Under the pieces are notes generated by a model that worked only from the letters and a program-made list of their open reading frames with translations, was not told the DNA's origin and did no database searches. Made by a program: the position numbers and the translations under genes. A DNA stretch of 64,000 nt from the human T2T-CHM13v2.0 reference genome, Homo sapiens. The stretch lies in assembly GCF_009914755.1 (NCBI RefSeq), contig NC_060947.1. One strand, given 5' to 3'. Every line of letters starts with the position of its first letter. Position 1 is the first letter of the stretch. Positions 11,388-26,104 of this stretch are shown here, piece after piece.

Positions 11388-11633
11388 GGCCAGGCGCAGT
11401 GGCTCATGCCTGTAATCCCAGCACTTTGGAAGGCCGAGGCAGTTGGATTACGTGAGGTCAGGAGTTTGAGACCAGCCTGACCAACATAGTGAAACCTTGT
11501 CTCTACTAAAAATGCAAAAATTAGCCGGTAGTGGTGGTGGGTGCCTGTAATCCCAGCTACTCGGGAGGCTGAGGCAGGAGAATTGCTTGAACCAGGGAGG
11601 CGGAGGTTGCAATGAGTGGAGACTGTGCCGTTG
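11388..11633 (+). mobile_element. AluS-like element, 3'-truncated
   Basis: GGCCAGGCGCAGTGGCTCATGCC start. Homology ends at GACTGTGCCGTTG with no canonical end. Confidence 0.9.
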
Positions 11634-11759
11634 GAGCAGGATAAAGTATAAAAGGAGAAATGAATTAAAAAAAAATAATTTCCTTATTTATGGCACGGTA
11701 TCTGGCTTATAGGTGCCTGATGTATGTTGAATAACCGAGTTTTGCTAATTGTTTAACAG

Positions 11760-11861
11760 GATATGAGGAACTTGCGGCTTGCTTATAAACAGGAAGAACA
11801 GAGTAAACTAGGGATATTTGAAAACCTCAACAAACATGCATTTCCTCTTTCTAACGGACAG
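11760..11861 (+). CDS. MTMR1: MTMR1 exon, DMRNLRLAYKQEEQSKLGIFENLNKHAFPLSNGQ
   Basis: tttaacag acceptor and CAG|gtaaat donor. 102 nt, open frame. Confidence 0.96.
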
Positions 11862-12175
11862 GTAAATACACCAGAGTAAACCTTTTCTGCATGCATTTGT
11901 GGGGGTCCAAATATCCTATGTTTAATTATTCCTTTTTCCAGAGGTTTTTTTTTTTCCTCTCTTTTTTCCTCTGTTGGTGACTAATATTAGAATATTTGAA
12001 ATTTGTCAGTTCTGGGTAATGCTTAAGAAAAGCTGCTACTTTGTTGCTGTAAAATTTACAGACTAAAATAGGAATCTTAATACACTCAGCTCATATTAGA
12101 ATGAAAAGCTTTAATATTGGGTATATGATATAAAAAGAAATAGTAACATATGTGTTTTGTGGTTTTTGTGTCCAG

Positions 12176-12259
12176 GCACTATTTGCATTCAGCTATAAAG
12201 AAAAATTTCCAATTAATGGCTGGAAAGTTTATGATCCAGTATCTGAATATAAGAGACAG
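12176..12259 (+). CDS. MTMR1: MTMR1 exon, [28 protein letters not shown]
   Basis: gtccag acceptor and CAG|gtaaag donor. 84 nt. Contains the myotubularin LFAF..NGW.VYD..EY.RQ signature. Confidence 0.97.
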
Positions 12260-13120
12260 GTAAAGTATATTGCTTATCAAACTGAAAATAATAGGTTGAG
12301 CATCTTTTTCTCTTCTAAAAGGTTAGAAATGATGTGGTGGAGAAGAAACTTTTTCGAACAAGTTATGCACAGGTTTAACTGCTAGCTTATAGGTTCTCCA
12401 TCTTTCCTTGATTCTCTCTTCTCCCTGTGCCAAACCTTAGACTTTGTCATGTTTGTTCATCCTGTTTCCAGAGGGTGAGTGGGACTCAAGGACAAGGACG
12501 GGTTTAAAAACCAAATTTGCCAGATGGTTTTTATTAGATGTTCTGGTAAAGAATTGATGAGTAAGGATCCAAACCACTGACTACAGTTAGATTCGAAGCA
12601 TGTGGTGTGACTACATCTGTCTGATCCAGTGTTCCCGGGTCTGGGAACTCTTCAGTGCATTGTCAGCTTCAAATTATTCCACTAAGATCTTATTTTCATG
12701 ACGTTTGTTTCATGACGTTGTCTCTACCTTATATTTGGTATAATGTTTTACGTTACTTATTTTAGACATTCGTAAGAGGTATCTGTGTTTCTAAAGGACT
12801 TTTGAGTATATTCTCAAAAATAACAGAGCTCATTATTTATAGAAAATAGGACAAGAAATATATAGAAATGTGATTCTAGCGTATAATTTTCATGTTTTAG
12901 TATGGTTTGGATATTCTTATGCTTCTTTAGATTTTTAGAAATGTCTAGGAAATGGGTTTTACCGAATAAATATATATATTGACTTTTAAGTTACAATAAA
13001 CAATAAATTATAAACGGATTTTAGTTGCAAATAAGAAATGGATGTACTTCATGCTTAGTACTTTTTCAAAGTGTAAAGTCATGCATTTCACCCTCTTCTT
13101 CTTTCTCCAACACCTTACAG

Positions 13121-13270
13121 GGCTTGCCAAATGAGAGTTGGAAAATATCCAAAATAAACAGTAATTATGAGTTCTGTGACACCTACCCTGCCATCATTGT
13201 TGTGCCAACTAGTGTAAAAGATGATGACCTTTCAAAAGTGGCAGCTTTTCGAGCAAAAGGCAGAGTCCCT
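13121..13270 (+). CDS. MTMR1: MTMR1 exon, [29 protein letters not shown]...FRAKGRVP
   Basis: ccttacag acceptor and CCT|gtaagt donor. 150 nt. Myotubularin phosphatase domain. Confidence 0.97.
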
Positions 13271-14192
13271 GTAAGTAATAAACATTGTCATTTATATAGG
13301 AATATATATTGCGTTAGATCTAATATGGAGAGATTTAAGACAAAAAAGAAACTAGTGAACAAAAATGGAAAGCAGAAAAATAAGCTTATAAACCTGAACA
13401 TACCTTTGATTCTCAACAAATACCTAATTATGTAAACAATCTGTTTGCTATGACTCCCTCTTTTACGATTTCCTATAACTAAGTATAAGGGGAACTTCAG
13501 TCATACCCTCAAAAAGTAGTAGAGAATGACAAAGGAGTAGCAACAACAAGTTAGCATGCTATTGTATTACCAGTTGGCATTGCTGGTTTCACTGAATCAT
13601 CCTAGAGAAAATGCTTCTTTCTTAGATACTGAGCATGATGCCATAGCTGCGTGGGAGGGACATCATTACAGAAGTAGTAGCAGACAGCTGGGAGTAATGG
13701 TTTGAGCCCAGAGTTTGCATCTGTTGTAATCCTGAGTCACTTGGCCACTGGAGGAAAATGAGAGGTGGGGTGGCAGAGTGTCAGATTTTATAAGAGACTG
13801 TATATTCACTTTGTCCTTACCCTGCCACGTATATTATTGTTGAGATACAAAGATGTTTTTAAAATTAGGAGACAAGGTAAAATTAGTCAATCAAATTGGA
13901 ATGGGGCTAGATTTTAGTAATAGTTTGATTTAGGATTTGTTTTTCTTAGAATCATAGAATATTGGGGATGGAAGGGGATTTTTAGAGCTCATGTAGTCAG
14001 AATTGTTTCATCCTGACCAAAACATTGAGTCTGATGGCCACTACAATGCTGTGATTGGCCTGCCCACTCTCACTTTTGAAGAAAATATGTATAAGAGACC
14101 GTGCTTGAGAAGGGAACTTGTTTTTCCTACCAGGTAATTAGAGCATACATTCTTTAGGAACTGTACTAATATTTATTGCTTAAAAACACTAG

Positions 14193-14381
14193 GTGTTGTC
14201 ATGGATTCATCCGGAAAGTCAAGCAACGATTACCCGTTGCAGCCAGCCACTTGTGGGTCCCAATGATAAGCGCTGCAAAGAGGATGAAAAATACTTGCAA
14301 ACAATAATGGATGCTAACGCACAGTCACACAAGCTTATCATCTTTGATGCTCGACAAAACAGTGTCGCTGATACCAACAAG
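14193..14381 (+). CDS. MTMR1: MTMR1 exon, [22 protein letters not shown]...[14 protein letters not shown]
   Basis: cactag acceptor and AAG|gtatat donor. 189 nt. RCSQPLVG and FDAR motifs. Confidence 0.97.
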
Positions 14382-15189
14382 GTATATTCTTAATAGCACT
14401 GCAGAAACACTGGATATTTTCATGTCCTGTCTGTAAATCATTATGCAGTTGGAATAACTCATTGATTTCCTCACCACCTGAAGTTAGAATCATTTGGAGT
14501 CCCATAGCTATTCCTCCCTGGTGTATGCTCCTTGGGCTGTGTTTGGTGTCTCACATGGGTTGGGATCTTGTCTGTTTCATTGCTTCTCTACAATATCCTG
14601 TCTGCTAAATCAATTAAGTAAAGACCTAGAAAGACAATTATCATCTAAAGGATTTAGCATTTTAATGAAATGATCGTGAGGTCCTTGGAAGTCCGTTTAA
14701 GGAATATAGTGGTTAGTTGATTAATTCATGTCTGGTCTGAATTTCTTTTAGAATGGAATCAGCCATGTGAAATGTGTAAATGTACAAAGTTTCCATAAAT
14801 CTCATGGAGCACCTGTGTAGTGTACCTCGGGTGGCAGTGAGACATGGTTAAAAACACCTCCGTTCCCATGACTTTCATGATATCACACCCTGAGTTTCTC
14901 TCGCTCTTCAGCCTGGCCTTCTCCATCTCCTTCACTGATTTCTCTTCCCAGTCTTCAAATGGCATTGCTCCTCGAACTTGGTCTGGGGTCCTCTTTGCTC
15001 TACACAGACTCCTGGGGCCATCTCTGATGACACGGCTTTAAACACTGTCTGTATGCTGAGTTCAACTTGAGCTTGACACTGCAGTTTCTCTCCTGTCCTG
15101 ATCCCTCCTAAGGTTGAGACTGGATTTCTATCCCATTGTATGGTTGACATCTCTGCTTGGCTGTTTCCCAGACCACAAACCCTCCGTAT

Positions 15190-15480
15190 ATTCCAACTGG
15201 CCTGAGAGGCACGATGGCAAGTTGGTGAGACCCCTTGGCTTTGGAATCAGTTACACCTGGGTTTTCCTCCAGGTTCTGCCACTTGGTGCTCTAGAATCCT
15301 GAGCCGGTTACTTAACCTCTCTCTGTGCCTCAGGTTCCTCTTCTGTAAAACAGGAGATAATATCAGTGTCTCATGTCATGGGTTGTGTGAGGATTAAAAT
15401 TCAGTGAGAAGAATGCATGTAAATGACTTAGCACAGTGGTGAGTGCATCCTCAGGGCACAGTACATGATGCTGATAAGCT
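15190..15480. mobile_element. MIR SINE
   Basis: Core TACTTAACCTCTCT..GTGCCTCAG.TTCCTCTTCTGTAAAA.AGGAGATAATA. Confidence 0.75.
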
Positions 15481-15596
15481 CGCCACCCCTGTGGTCAAGG
15501 GTGTTGCCCAGGTGTCTGACTTGAGGGTGAATAGTGGTGTCTGTTACTGAGATGGGGAAGACTGGGAGAGGAACAGGGCAGGGAGGAAGATGGGGA

Positions 15597-16080
15597 AGTA
15601 TTAGTTTTCTGAGGCTGTCATACAAATTACTACCAATTTGTTGGCTTACAGCACCAGAAATGTATTGATCACAATTCTGGAGGCCAATTCTGCTCCCTCT
15701 AAAGGTTCAAGGGGAGAATCTGTTCCTTGCCTCTTCCAGCATGGGGTGGCTGCCCCAGCCTTCCTGGGCTTGCAGCCACATCACTCCAATCTCTTCTTCC
15801 GTCATCACATGACCCTCTCTTGCTCTGGGTTTCTGCGTCTCCTCCTTTCTCTTCTAATGACACTTGTGATGACATTTAGGTTCCACCTGAAATAATCCTG
15901 GATCCTTAAACACATCTGCAAAGACCCTCTTTTCAATTAATCTTGGAATCCTTAAACACATCTGCAAATCTCAGGATCCTTAAACATCTGCAAAGACCTT
16001 CTCTTCAAATAAGGTCACATTCACCATTGCCAGGGATTCGATGTGGATGTCTTTGGCGGGGCCACTTTTCAGCCTACCAT
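15597..16080. mobile_element. MLT1-type (MaLR) LTR
   Basis: GTATTAGTTTTCTGAGGCTG..AAATTACTAC start and GGGCCACTTTTCAGCCTACCA end. Confidence 0.8.
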
Positions 16081-16506
16081 AGGGAGGCATCCCTCAGTGA
16101 GGCCCCCTTGCTCCCCACATCTGGATCATTAGCTGTGTCAGTCTTTCTACATCTCTGCCTCCCACCTGTCACCACCATATCCCAAGGAATTACAAAATGT
16201 GAGAAAAGCCATATTGGTGGAGGCCATCTTCAGACTAGCCAACAGGGTGAGGGCAGTTCATTGTGTTTTATCCCATGCAGGAGAGATAGAGACAGGACAC
16301 TAAATTGTATATCTAGAATAATTTTAACTATGGCAGTATATGTGTCTAGGAAACAGTATTTTCTAGGTCTCCACTGGTTCTTTATATATAAGATTATGTC
16401 ATATGCAAGTCGAGATAATGTGACTTCTTCCTTTACAATCTGGCTGCCTTTCATATCTTCTTCTTGCATTGGTATTGCATTGGTTGATTTTTATATGTTG
16501 AACCAC

Positions 16507-16948
16507 TGTCGTGGATTGAAAAATGTCTCCCAAAAGTTTGTCCAACTGGAACCTCAGAATGTGACCTTATTTAGAAATAGGATCTTTGCAGATGTATTAA
16601 TTATGATGAAGCCATCTTGGAGTAGGGTTGGCCCTAAATCCAGTGCCTAGTGTCCGTATAAGAAAGCCATGTAGAGACACAGGCACACACAGAAGGAAGA
16701 TGGCGATGTGGCAATAGAGGCAGAGATTTAAATGATGCAGCTAGAAGCTGAGGAGTGCCAAGGACTTCCAGCAACCACCAGAAGCTAAGAGAGAGACATG
16801 GAACAGATTCTTCCCTATACCCTCCTAAAGGAACCAACTCTGCCAGCACCCTGATCTCGGACTTTCAGCCTCCAGAACTGTGAGAGAATAAATTTTATGT
16901 TGTTTTAAGTCCCCCAGTTTGTGATAGCACCCTTAGGAAGCTAATAAA
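16507..16948. mobile_element. MLT1B/C-type LTR inserted in an L1 remnant (opposite orientation to the 15597 LTR)
   Basis: GGAACCTCAGAATGTGACCTTATTT and CAGCCTCCAGAACTGTGAGAGAATAAATTT motifs. Confidence 0.85.
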
Positions 16949-17689
16949 ACCTCCTTACATTCCTGGGATAAATCCCACCCGTTCATGGTATGTGATCAGT
17001 CCCCTTCATATACTCTTGGATTGGGTTTGCTAGTATTTTGTTGAGGATATTTGCATGTATTTTCATAAGGGATGTTAATCTGTGGTTTTCTCTTCTTGTG
17101 ATGTCTTTGTCTAGCTTTGGTATCAGGATACAGCTAGCCTCATGGAATGAACTAGGAAGTATGCCCTCCTCTTCTAGTTTTTGGATGACCCATCATCTCT
17201 TACCTCACCTACAGCAGGAACCTTGAAATTGGACTTCTGCCTCACACCCTGCAATCTCATCTCCACATTATGACCAGAGTGATCTTCTTTTTTAAAAAAA
17301 ACTTATTGTTACTATTTCAATTGATAAATGAATTGTATATATTTATGGTGTACAACGTGGTATTTTGATTGTGTACACATTGTGGAATGGCTAAATCAAG
17401 CTAATTAACACACCATTTTTTGTGGTGAGAACACTTAAAATCTACTCTCAGCAGTTTTCAGATACAGACTACATTGTTATTGACTGTAGTCACCATGTTG
17501 TACAGAGTGATCTTCTCAGTGGACAACTCTGTGCACATCCCTCAGAGCCGCAAGGCAGTGATATCCAGGTTCCTGAACAGGGTCTCCAAAGCCCTCCACC
17601 CACGGGTCCTTTCCTTCCTGTCTCGCCACATCTTCCAGGTCCATGTCTCAGCTATGTGAGGTTCTTTTCAGTTCCTTAAGCACATCCCA

Positions 17690-18121
17690 CTGTTAGCTCA
17701 GAGATATGTTGCAGTCCTAACTCCAAGTACCTATAAATGTGGCCTTATTTCACAATAGGGTCTTTGTAAATGTAATTAAGTTAGGATGTGGTCATATTGA
17801 ATTGGGGGGTGGGGGTTAAGCCAAATGACTGTGTCCTTAGAAGAAGAGGAGAAGAGACAGACACAGACAAAGGAAAGAAGGTCAGGTGGAAATGGAGGCA
17901 GAGATCAGAATGATGTGTGTATAAGCCAAGAACACCTGGGGCTATCGGAACCTGGGGCAGCCAAGGAAGGATCCTCCCCTAGAGTGTTCGGAGGAAGCAT
18001 GGCACTGCCGATACCTTGAATTCAGACTTCCAGCCTCCAGAACTAGGAGAGAATAAACTTCTGTTGTTTTAAGCCACTGAGTTTGTGGTTCTTTTTCCAG
18101 CAGCCCTAGGAAACTCATACA
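17690..18121. mobile_element. MLT1C-type LTR
   Basis: GACTTCCAGCCTCCAGAACT..GAGAATAAACTTCTGTTGTTTTAAGCCAC..GCAGCCCTAGGAAACTCATACA. Confidence 0.85.
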
Positions 18122-18245
18122 AGGATATAGGAGGTTTATTTGCAGATGAGTTTGTTGCTTCTTTAGTGGTCTGTATCTCATAGCACTAGAAAGAATAGAA
18201 AAGTTAATTCCAGATAATGTGATGTATTTGTTTTGTTTTTCGTAG

Positions 18246-18431
18246 ACAAAGGGTGGAGGATATGAAAGTGAAAGTGCTTACCCAAATGCAGAACTTGTGT
18301 TCTTGGAGATCCACAACATTCATGTCATGCGAGAGTCACTACGCAAATTAAAAGAGATTGTGTACCCTTCGATCGATGAGGCGCGGTGGCTCTCCAATGT
18401 GGATGGGACGCATTGGCTGGAATATATAAGG
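18246..18431 (+). CDS. MTMR1: MTMR1 exon, [32 protein letters not shown]...WLEYIR
   Basis: ttttcgtag acceptor and AGG|gtaaag donor. 186 nt. GGGYE and NIHVMRES motifs. Confidence 0.97.
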
Positions 18432-18892
18432 GTAAAGAGATCCAGCACTTTATATGCTTTCCAGTTAAGACTTCTTTGTGCCTGTGCCATAAATACGTAT
18501 ATCTCCAAGTGCCTCTTGGCTGTGTGCATGAACTTTCTTATTCAATAGTTTCCATGGACAGCATCAGACTGGGGTCTTTGTGGAGGGCTTTTGTGACATA
18601 GTGAAAAGGGAAAAATGCTTGCCTTAGGTCAGGCTTTTAAAGAACTTCGTGGCCCTTTAATAAGGAACCATATTTACTCCTGTAGTTTTTCTCCAGTATA
18701 AGATTTTTTCTTTTCTTTTTATTTTTTTAATGTGATGCTAATATTTCCTAGTGATTCTCAGCTGATTGCCTGCCATTCTTGCTTGGTTTATTGACCAGAA
18801 CTTCCAAAGCTCTCCCCAGAATTATTTTACATTGTTTTACATTTAATTGAAATTCAATGTAGCCTGGTCTAATGTGCCTTTTTTTTCTGAAG

Positions 18893-19099
18893 ATGCTGCT
18901 TGCTGGGGCAGTAAGAATTGCTGATAAAATAGAATCTGGGAAAACATCTGTGGTGGTGCATTGCAGCGACGGTTGGGACCGAACAGCCCAGCTCACATCT
19001 CTGGCTATGCTAATGTTGGACAGTTACTACAGGACCATTAAAGGATTTGAAACTCTCGTAGAAAAGGAGTGGATAAGCTTTGGACACAGGTTTGCACTG
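18893..19099 (+). CDS. MTMR1: MTMR1 catalytic exon with CX5R loop HCSDGWDRT (18959-18985)
   Basis: ttctgaag acceptor and CTG|gtaagt donor. 207 nt. Intact motif of a catalytically active myotubularin. Confidence 0.98.
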
Positions 19100-19435
19100 G
19101 TAAGTTCAGACAGTGAGGTTTATGCTGGACTGTTTTGCGGTATCATATGGATGTAAACGTCATGTGTGACACACGTAAGCGCATATATACACACACACGT
19201 GCAGGCTTTCTCTTCTGTATCATATCAGACCTGAATTGCCATAATAAAATACATGGACCTCAGGCATTGTATGTTCCTCATAGGGCGTTTTTATTTTAGT
19301 GTATTTATGCCTTTTTAAAAAATTGAGGTAAAATTCATATAACATAGAATTAACCATTTAAAATGCTCAATTCGGTGTCCTTTAGTAAATTCACAGTATT
19401 ATGTAACCATCACCTCTAGTTTGAAAACATACTCT

Positions 19436-19875
<440 letters not shown>

Positions 19876-20102
19876 CTACAGTATTTGTCCTCCCATGACT
19901 GAGTTACTTCACTAAGCATAATATTTTCAAGGTTCATCCATGTTGTGACAAATATCAAATTTTCATGATTTTTTATAGCTGAATAGTATTCCCTTGTGTG
20001 TATATACCACATGTTGTTTATCTGCTCATCTGCTGATGGATGCTTGGATTGTTCCCACCTTTGCTATTGTGAAGAATACTGCGTGAATGTTAGTATATAA
20101 GT

Positions 20103-20495
20103 TTTTGCCATAACAAGGTACCACAGACTGCATGGTTGAAACAACAGAAATTAATTTTCTCATAATTCTGGAGGCTGGAAGTCCAAAATCAGGGTCCCAG
20201 CAGGATTGATTTCTCTTGAGGTCTCCCTTCTTTCCTTGCATATGGCCACCCTCTGGCTACCTCTTCACAAGGTCTTTCTTCCCTTTGGGAGCTACTGGAC
20301 ACCCCTGCTGTCTCTCTGGGTGGCCAAATGTCCTCATCTCATAAGGATACCAGTGAGATTGGCTTAGGGCTGACTTCAATGCCCTCATTTGAACTTCATC
20401 ACCTCTTTAAAGGCCCCATCTCCAAATATGGACACATTGCTGAGCTACCGAATGTTCAGGCCTCAATTTTGGGGATCACAAGTCACCCTATAACA
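20103..20495. mobile_element. MLT1A-type LTR
   Basis: GCCATAACAAGGTACCACAGACT..AACAACAGAAATT.ATTTTCTCA.AATTCTGGAGGCTGGAAGTCCAA. Confidence 0.75.
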
Positions 20496-22289
20496 ACTTG
20501 CTTACAATCTAGGGGGTTATATACCTAGGAGTGAAATTGTGAGGTCATCTGATGGGGCATTCTTGGGCTGCCATTTGTGTTTTAGTCCAACTGGCAGCTA
20601 CTTCTGGTCTGTCTAGGCCATTGAGCTGTTAGGGATCTTTCTGAACTGTGCATTGAATGGGAATACTCCTGAAGTCCCCATTAGACTTGCTATGGAAAGC
20701 AGGAAGATGGGTAGTGCAAGGATTTCATTGGCTTTGGTGTGAGTGTGCCAAGCTTCCAGCTGTCCCTGCACTCCTGGGGTGGAGCGCCTGCAAGAGGACC
20801 TCCCAGAGAGAAGGGACAAGTCCGCAGTCTCTGAGCTGCATGCCCTTTGGGAGCTACTGGCAGATCCCTGGGCATGTGCCTTCCCCTCTCTTGCCTTGAT
20901 TCCCTCCTCTCTGAAATGGGGGCATTGTGTGGGAGAAATGAGTTTATATGTGTCAAATGTTTAGGGCAGTGTTTGGCCCATGCTAAGTGCCAGGGAAGTT
21001 TTAAACAACATCACCAATTCCTTTGTTTCTTACCCCCTCAGCAAAGGCTGGTCTCGGTAAGGAAGAGAGAGTGTGTGGAATCTTTCCAGATGTTTGGGCC
21101 ACCTCAGAAGACTCAGAGGCCACTGCCTTCTACCTTCCTCCCCAAACTGTATGTCCTAGGGGAGAGAAAGCTTGAATGGGTGCTTTGCCAGAGGGGTAGT
21201 GGTGAAGGCTGTCTAGCGAGGTGCCAGCGATGGCAGCATGTACTGGGACTGAGCAGAGGTACATGCATCAGGGTGTGCCTACAGCGCCCTGCTCCCATCC
21301 CTACTTGCTAATCCTGGGGCTCACTGCACCATGGCCACAGTGAAGCCAATAGGACTATCAGATTCCTAATGGCCTCAATTTACTAAGCCACCACTATGTG
21401 TTTGGCACTGTTAACGTGCAGCATCTTGTTTAATCCTGATAGTACTCTCATTCACAGATGGGGAAATTGAGGTTTCAAGAGTGTGTGTTATCTGCCTAAA
21501 GTCACACAGCTAGTTAGGGTGGAGCCAGCCTTTAAACAGTGATTTCAAGCCTGCAACCACCCACCCTCTGGATCTGTGTACTCTACTTTACCTGGAGTTC
21601 TGTGATTGAGCCATCAGGGCTTCCAGCTGAGGCTGATCCTGCCCTTGCCTGCTTGCCTCCATCATGGAACTTTCCAATTGTTCTTCCCTTTATCCTGCCT
21701 CCATTCCCCCCTCTTCCCTAGATCATTCCCATTGGTGTGGAGACATTCTGTTATATCCTAAAACAAAAACCCTCTTGACCCCACAGCCCTCCTCAGCTGT
21801 CACCCTGATTCTCTGCTCTTCTTTACAACAATGTCCTCAAAACTGTTGTCTGTACTCACTATCACTATTTCTCTCCTTCCAGACTGTCTTGAAAGCACTT
21901 CAGCCAGGGTTCCTTCTCACAATGCCCGCCCCCCCACAATCTGGTCGTGTCACCGTCATCACTTGTTTTATTTGGCCTGAGCATTCGATGCTGTTGATTC
22001 TTCCTTTCTTCCAAACACTTTCTTCATTCGGCTTCTAGGTTTCTTTGACCTTTTGAATTTCCTCCAACTTTCAGGTCTTCCCTCATCTTCCCAACCTCTT
22101 AATGTTGGGGTGTTCCAGGGATGAGTCCTTGGATCATTTTTCTTCTCTTTGTGGTTAACCTGTTAGTGATCTCAGCCAGTCCCATAACTTTGAATATATG
22201 GATAGCGAATCTGTGATCTCATCTCCATTGCCCCTGATGCTCCTGTAACTCAGGCCTTATCAACCCCCTTAGGCAGTCTCCTAGGTGGC

Positions 22290-22713
22290 TGTCCTAGTCT
22301 GTTTGTGTTTTTACAATGGAATACCTGAGGCTGGGTAATTTAGAAAGAAAAGAAATTTATTTGGCTCACGATTCTGCAGGCTGTACAAGAAGCATGGTGC
22401 CGGCATCTGCTTCTGGTGAGGGCCTCAGGCTGCTTCCACTCATGGTGGAAGGTAAAGGGGAGCCAGTGTGTAGAGATCACATGGTGAGAGAGGAAGCAAG
22501 AGAGAGGGGAGAGGGTGCCAGGCCCTTTGTAACAACCAGCTGTCTCGGGAACTAATAGAGAACTCACTCACACACTCCCCCATCCAAGGAGGGATTAATT
22601 TATTTATGAGGGATCCACCCCCATGACCCAACACCTCCCATTAGGCTCCACCTCCAACATTGGGGATCAAATTTCAACACGAGGTTTAGGAGGACAAACA
22701 TCCCAACAATAGC
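22290..22713. mobile_element. MST-type (MaLR) LTR
   Basis: GGAATACCTGAGGCTGGGTAATTT..GGCTCACGATTCTGCAGGCTGTACAAGAAGCATGG..GGGGATCAAATTTCAACA. Confidence 0.88.
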
Positions 22714-23499
22714 AGTAGCCTTTCTGCAACCTAGCTCTGTCTAATCCATCGTCCCCATTGGAGCCAGATGGAGCATTCCAAACAACAGATTGGATGCTGC
22801 CACTCCACAGTGTGAGTCCCTCAGCACCTTCCTGTAGCACACAGGTTTATGAACAAACTCCTCAGTGTGCACTCAAAGCCCTTGGTGATCTGGCCCTAGC
22901 TACATCTCCAGCCTCACCTCTCATCTTCTTTCCCTTGCCCCGTCTAAGCCTCAGCTGTGCCCAGCTACTTGTGGCTTCCTTAGTGTTCCCCACCACATTG
23001 CCACTGGTTATCAATTCCTGGCTACCTGGGAAGCAGGCATCTCCCTGTCCTTCAAGGTTTATCTCAAATGAAATGTCCTTTATGACTATGACTCACATGA
23101 CTGTCCCTCCCTGTTCCTTCCCCTACCCCATCCTAGGATGGTTCACTCATTCCCTTGTGCTCCCACCATACCCACTGCATACTTGGAAGCCCTTGGAACA
23201 CTTTATTGCCCTTGTGATTTATACATCTTTGTCCCTTGACTAGACCACAAATGAATTATTCATCAAGCACAAGTACAGTGTCTCATTTGCTCTGGTCTCC
23301 TAGGGGCCTAGCCAAGGACCGGGCCTCTACCAGACACCATGACAATGTCTGACATTCCGAGGGCCAGGCATGATGCCTTGCACACGCCATAGGAGTTCCA
23401 TGGCTATCTGTTGAAAGAATGATCCTAAATTGTGAACTGTCAGTGTAAAACAGTTCCCTAGGTGCCTTAAATACTGAACAGCAGGTCCTACAAGAGATT

Positions 23500-24770
<1,271 letters not shown>

Positions 24771-24772
24771 AG

Positions 24773-25073
24773 ATTGGATGTAGTGGTTCATGCTTGTAAT
24801 TCCCAGCACTTTGGGAGGCTGAGGTGGGAGGATCTCTTGAGGTCAGGGGTTCAAGACCAGCCTGGGCAGTATAGTGAGACCCCATCTCTACAAAATAAAG
24901 AATTAGCTGGGCATGATGGCTCACACCTATAGTCCCAGCCACTCTGGAGTTTGAGGTGGGAGAATCACTTGAGCCCAGGAGTTAGAGGCTGCAGCAGGCT
25001 ATGCTCGTGTCACTGCACTCCAGCCTGGGTGACAGAGCGAGGCCCTGTCTCTAAAAAATAAAAATAAAAATAA
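24773..25073 (+). mobile_element. AluJ-like element
   Basis: Diverged Alu with GGGAGGATC.CTTGAG and GAGCCCAGGAGTT.GAGGCTGCAG. Confidence 0.9.
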
Positions 25074-26011
25074 TGGTTCAAGTGATAAATTATATGTCAT
25101 GTGTATTTCACCACAATTAAAATTTTTTTTATAAAGAAGGTAATACACTGTTACTCTGAGATGTTAATATTGATTTTGTCATTTATTTGTTTTCATGTCT
25201 TTCCAGGTGGCAATTTCATAGAGTATTTTTGCTCTTTCTAAGTGATTGCTTTGTATTTTCTTAATGAGTTTTTTTCCCCACATCCTTTTGCTCATAGCAA
25301 ATTATTTGAAGCTTCTCTTAGAATCCTCACCCTTCAGCTATCTTTTTACTTGTGGCATTTTCAGTGTTTTGGCAATCCTATTTGTGTATTTGAGAATACT
25401 ATCTTTTACCTTTTGGTATGAATCTATTGATATCTTACAAAGTATCAAAAGATATGAAATACAATACTGGACTGCCTTAAGCAAGGACCCCACCTTTACC
25501 ATTTCAAGATTGAGTTGTTGGGGTTCTCTGAGTCATGAAGAATTGGTTAAAAGTTGTAGATTGCTAATCATTATTTTGATTCTCAGACTTCCTGACATTT
25601 CTGAAAAATGGAAAAAATGTTTTTATACTTGTAGAGAAAATGGCATTCATAATGTGCTTTATGAACTGCTAATTGGCATCCTACGTTGACACTGTACACT
25701 TAGTGTGGTGGCTGGTCTTGACCCTACCATTTTAACTGAAAAGTTTGCTAGCTAGTTGCTTGTACTTTCTTGATATCAGCTATATTAAAGAGAAATTATA
25801 AAACAACATGTAAAAATACTGTAAACTGAAATTTTGTTTTCTAAAAGTAATGGAAGTCATTTCGATTTGATAGACATTTTTGAGTGCCTGTTATGTGCCA
25901 GGAATTCTATTAGGCCTGATGAGATGTGATTCTTACCACTGGACAACTTACAGTGACTTTCAAGAGGACTATAACATACGTTAAAACGTTTAACCTTCTG
26001 TTTCTGTTCAG

Positions 26012-26104
26012 CGAGTGGGCCATGGTAATGACAACCATGCGGATGCTGACCGATCTCCCATATTTCTGCAGTTTGTTGATTGTGTTTGGCAAATGACAAG
26101 GCAG
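26012..26104 (+). CDS. MTMR1: MTMR1 exon, [31 protein letters not shown]
   Basis: ttctgttcag acceptor and CAG|gtgaga donor. 93 nt. SPIFLQF.DCVWQ motif. Confidence 0.97.

Noticed and set aside
12694-12720. Short tandem duplication TTTCATGACGTT x2 (similar ones near 33911 and 62270)
   Set aside because: Ordinary slippage duplications with no further structure.
15943-16650. 235-aa ORF on the + strand
   Set aside because: It runs across MLT1 and L1 remnants, has a non-ATG start and shows no recognisable domain. Chance ORF.
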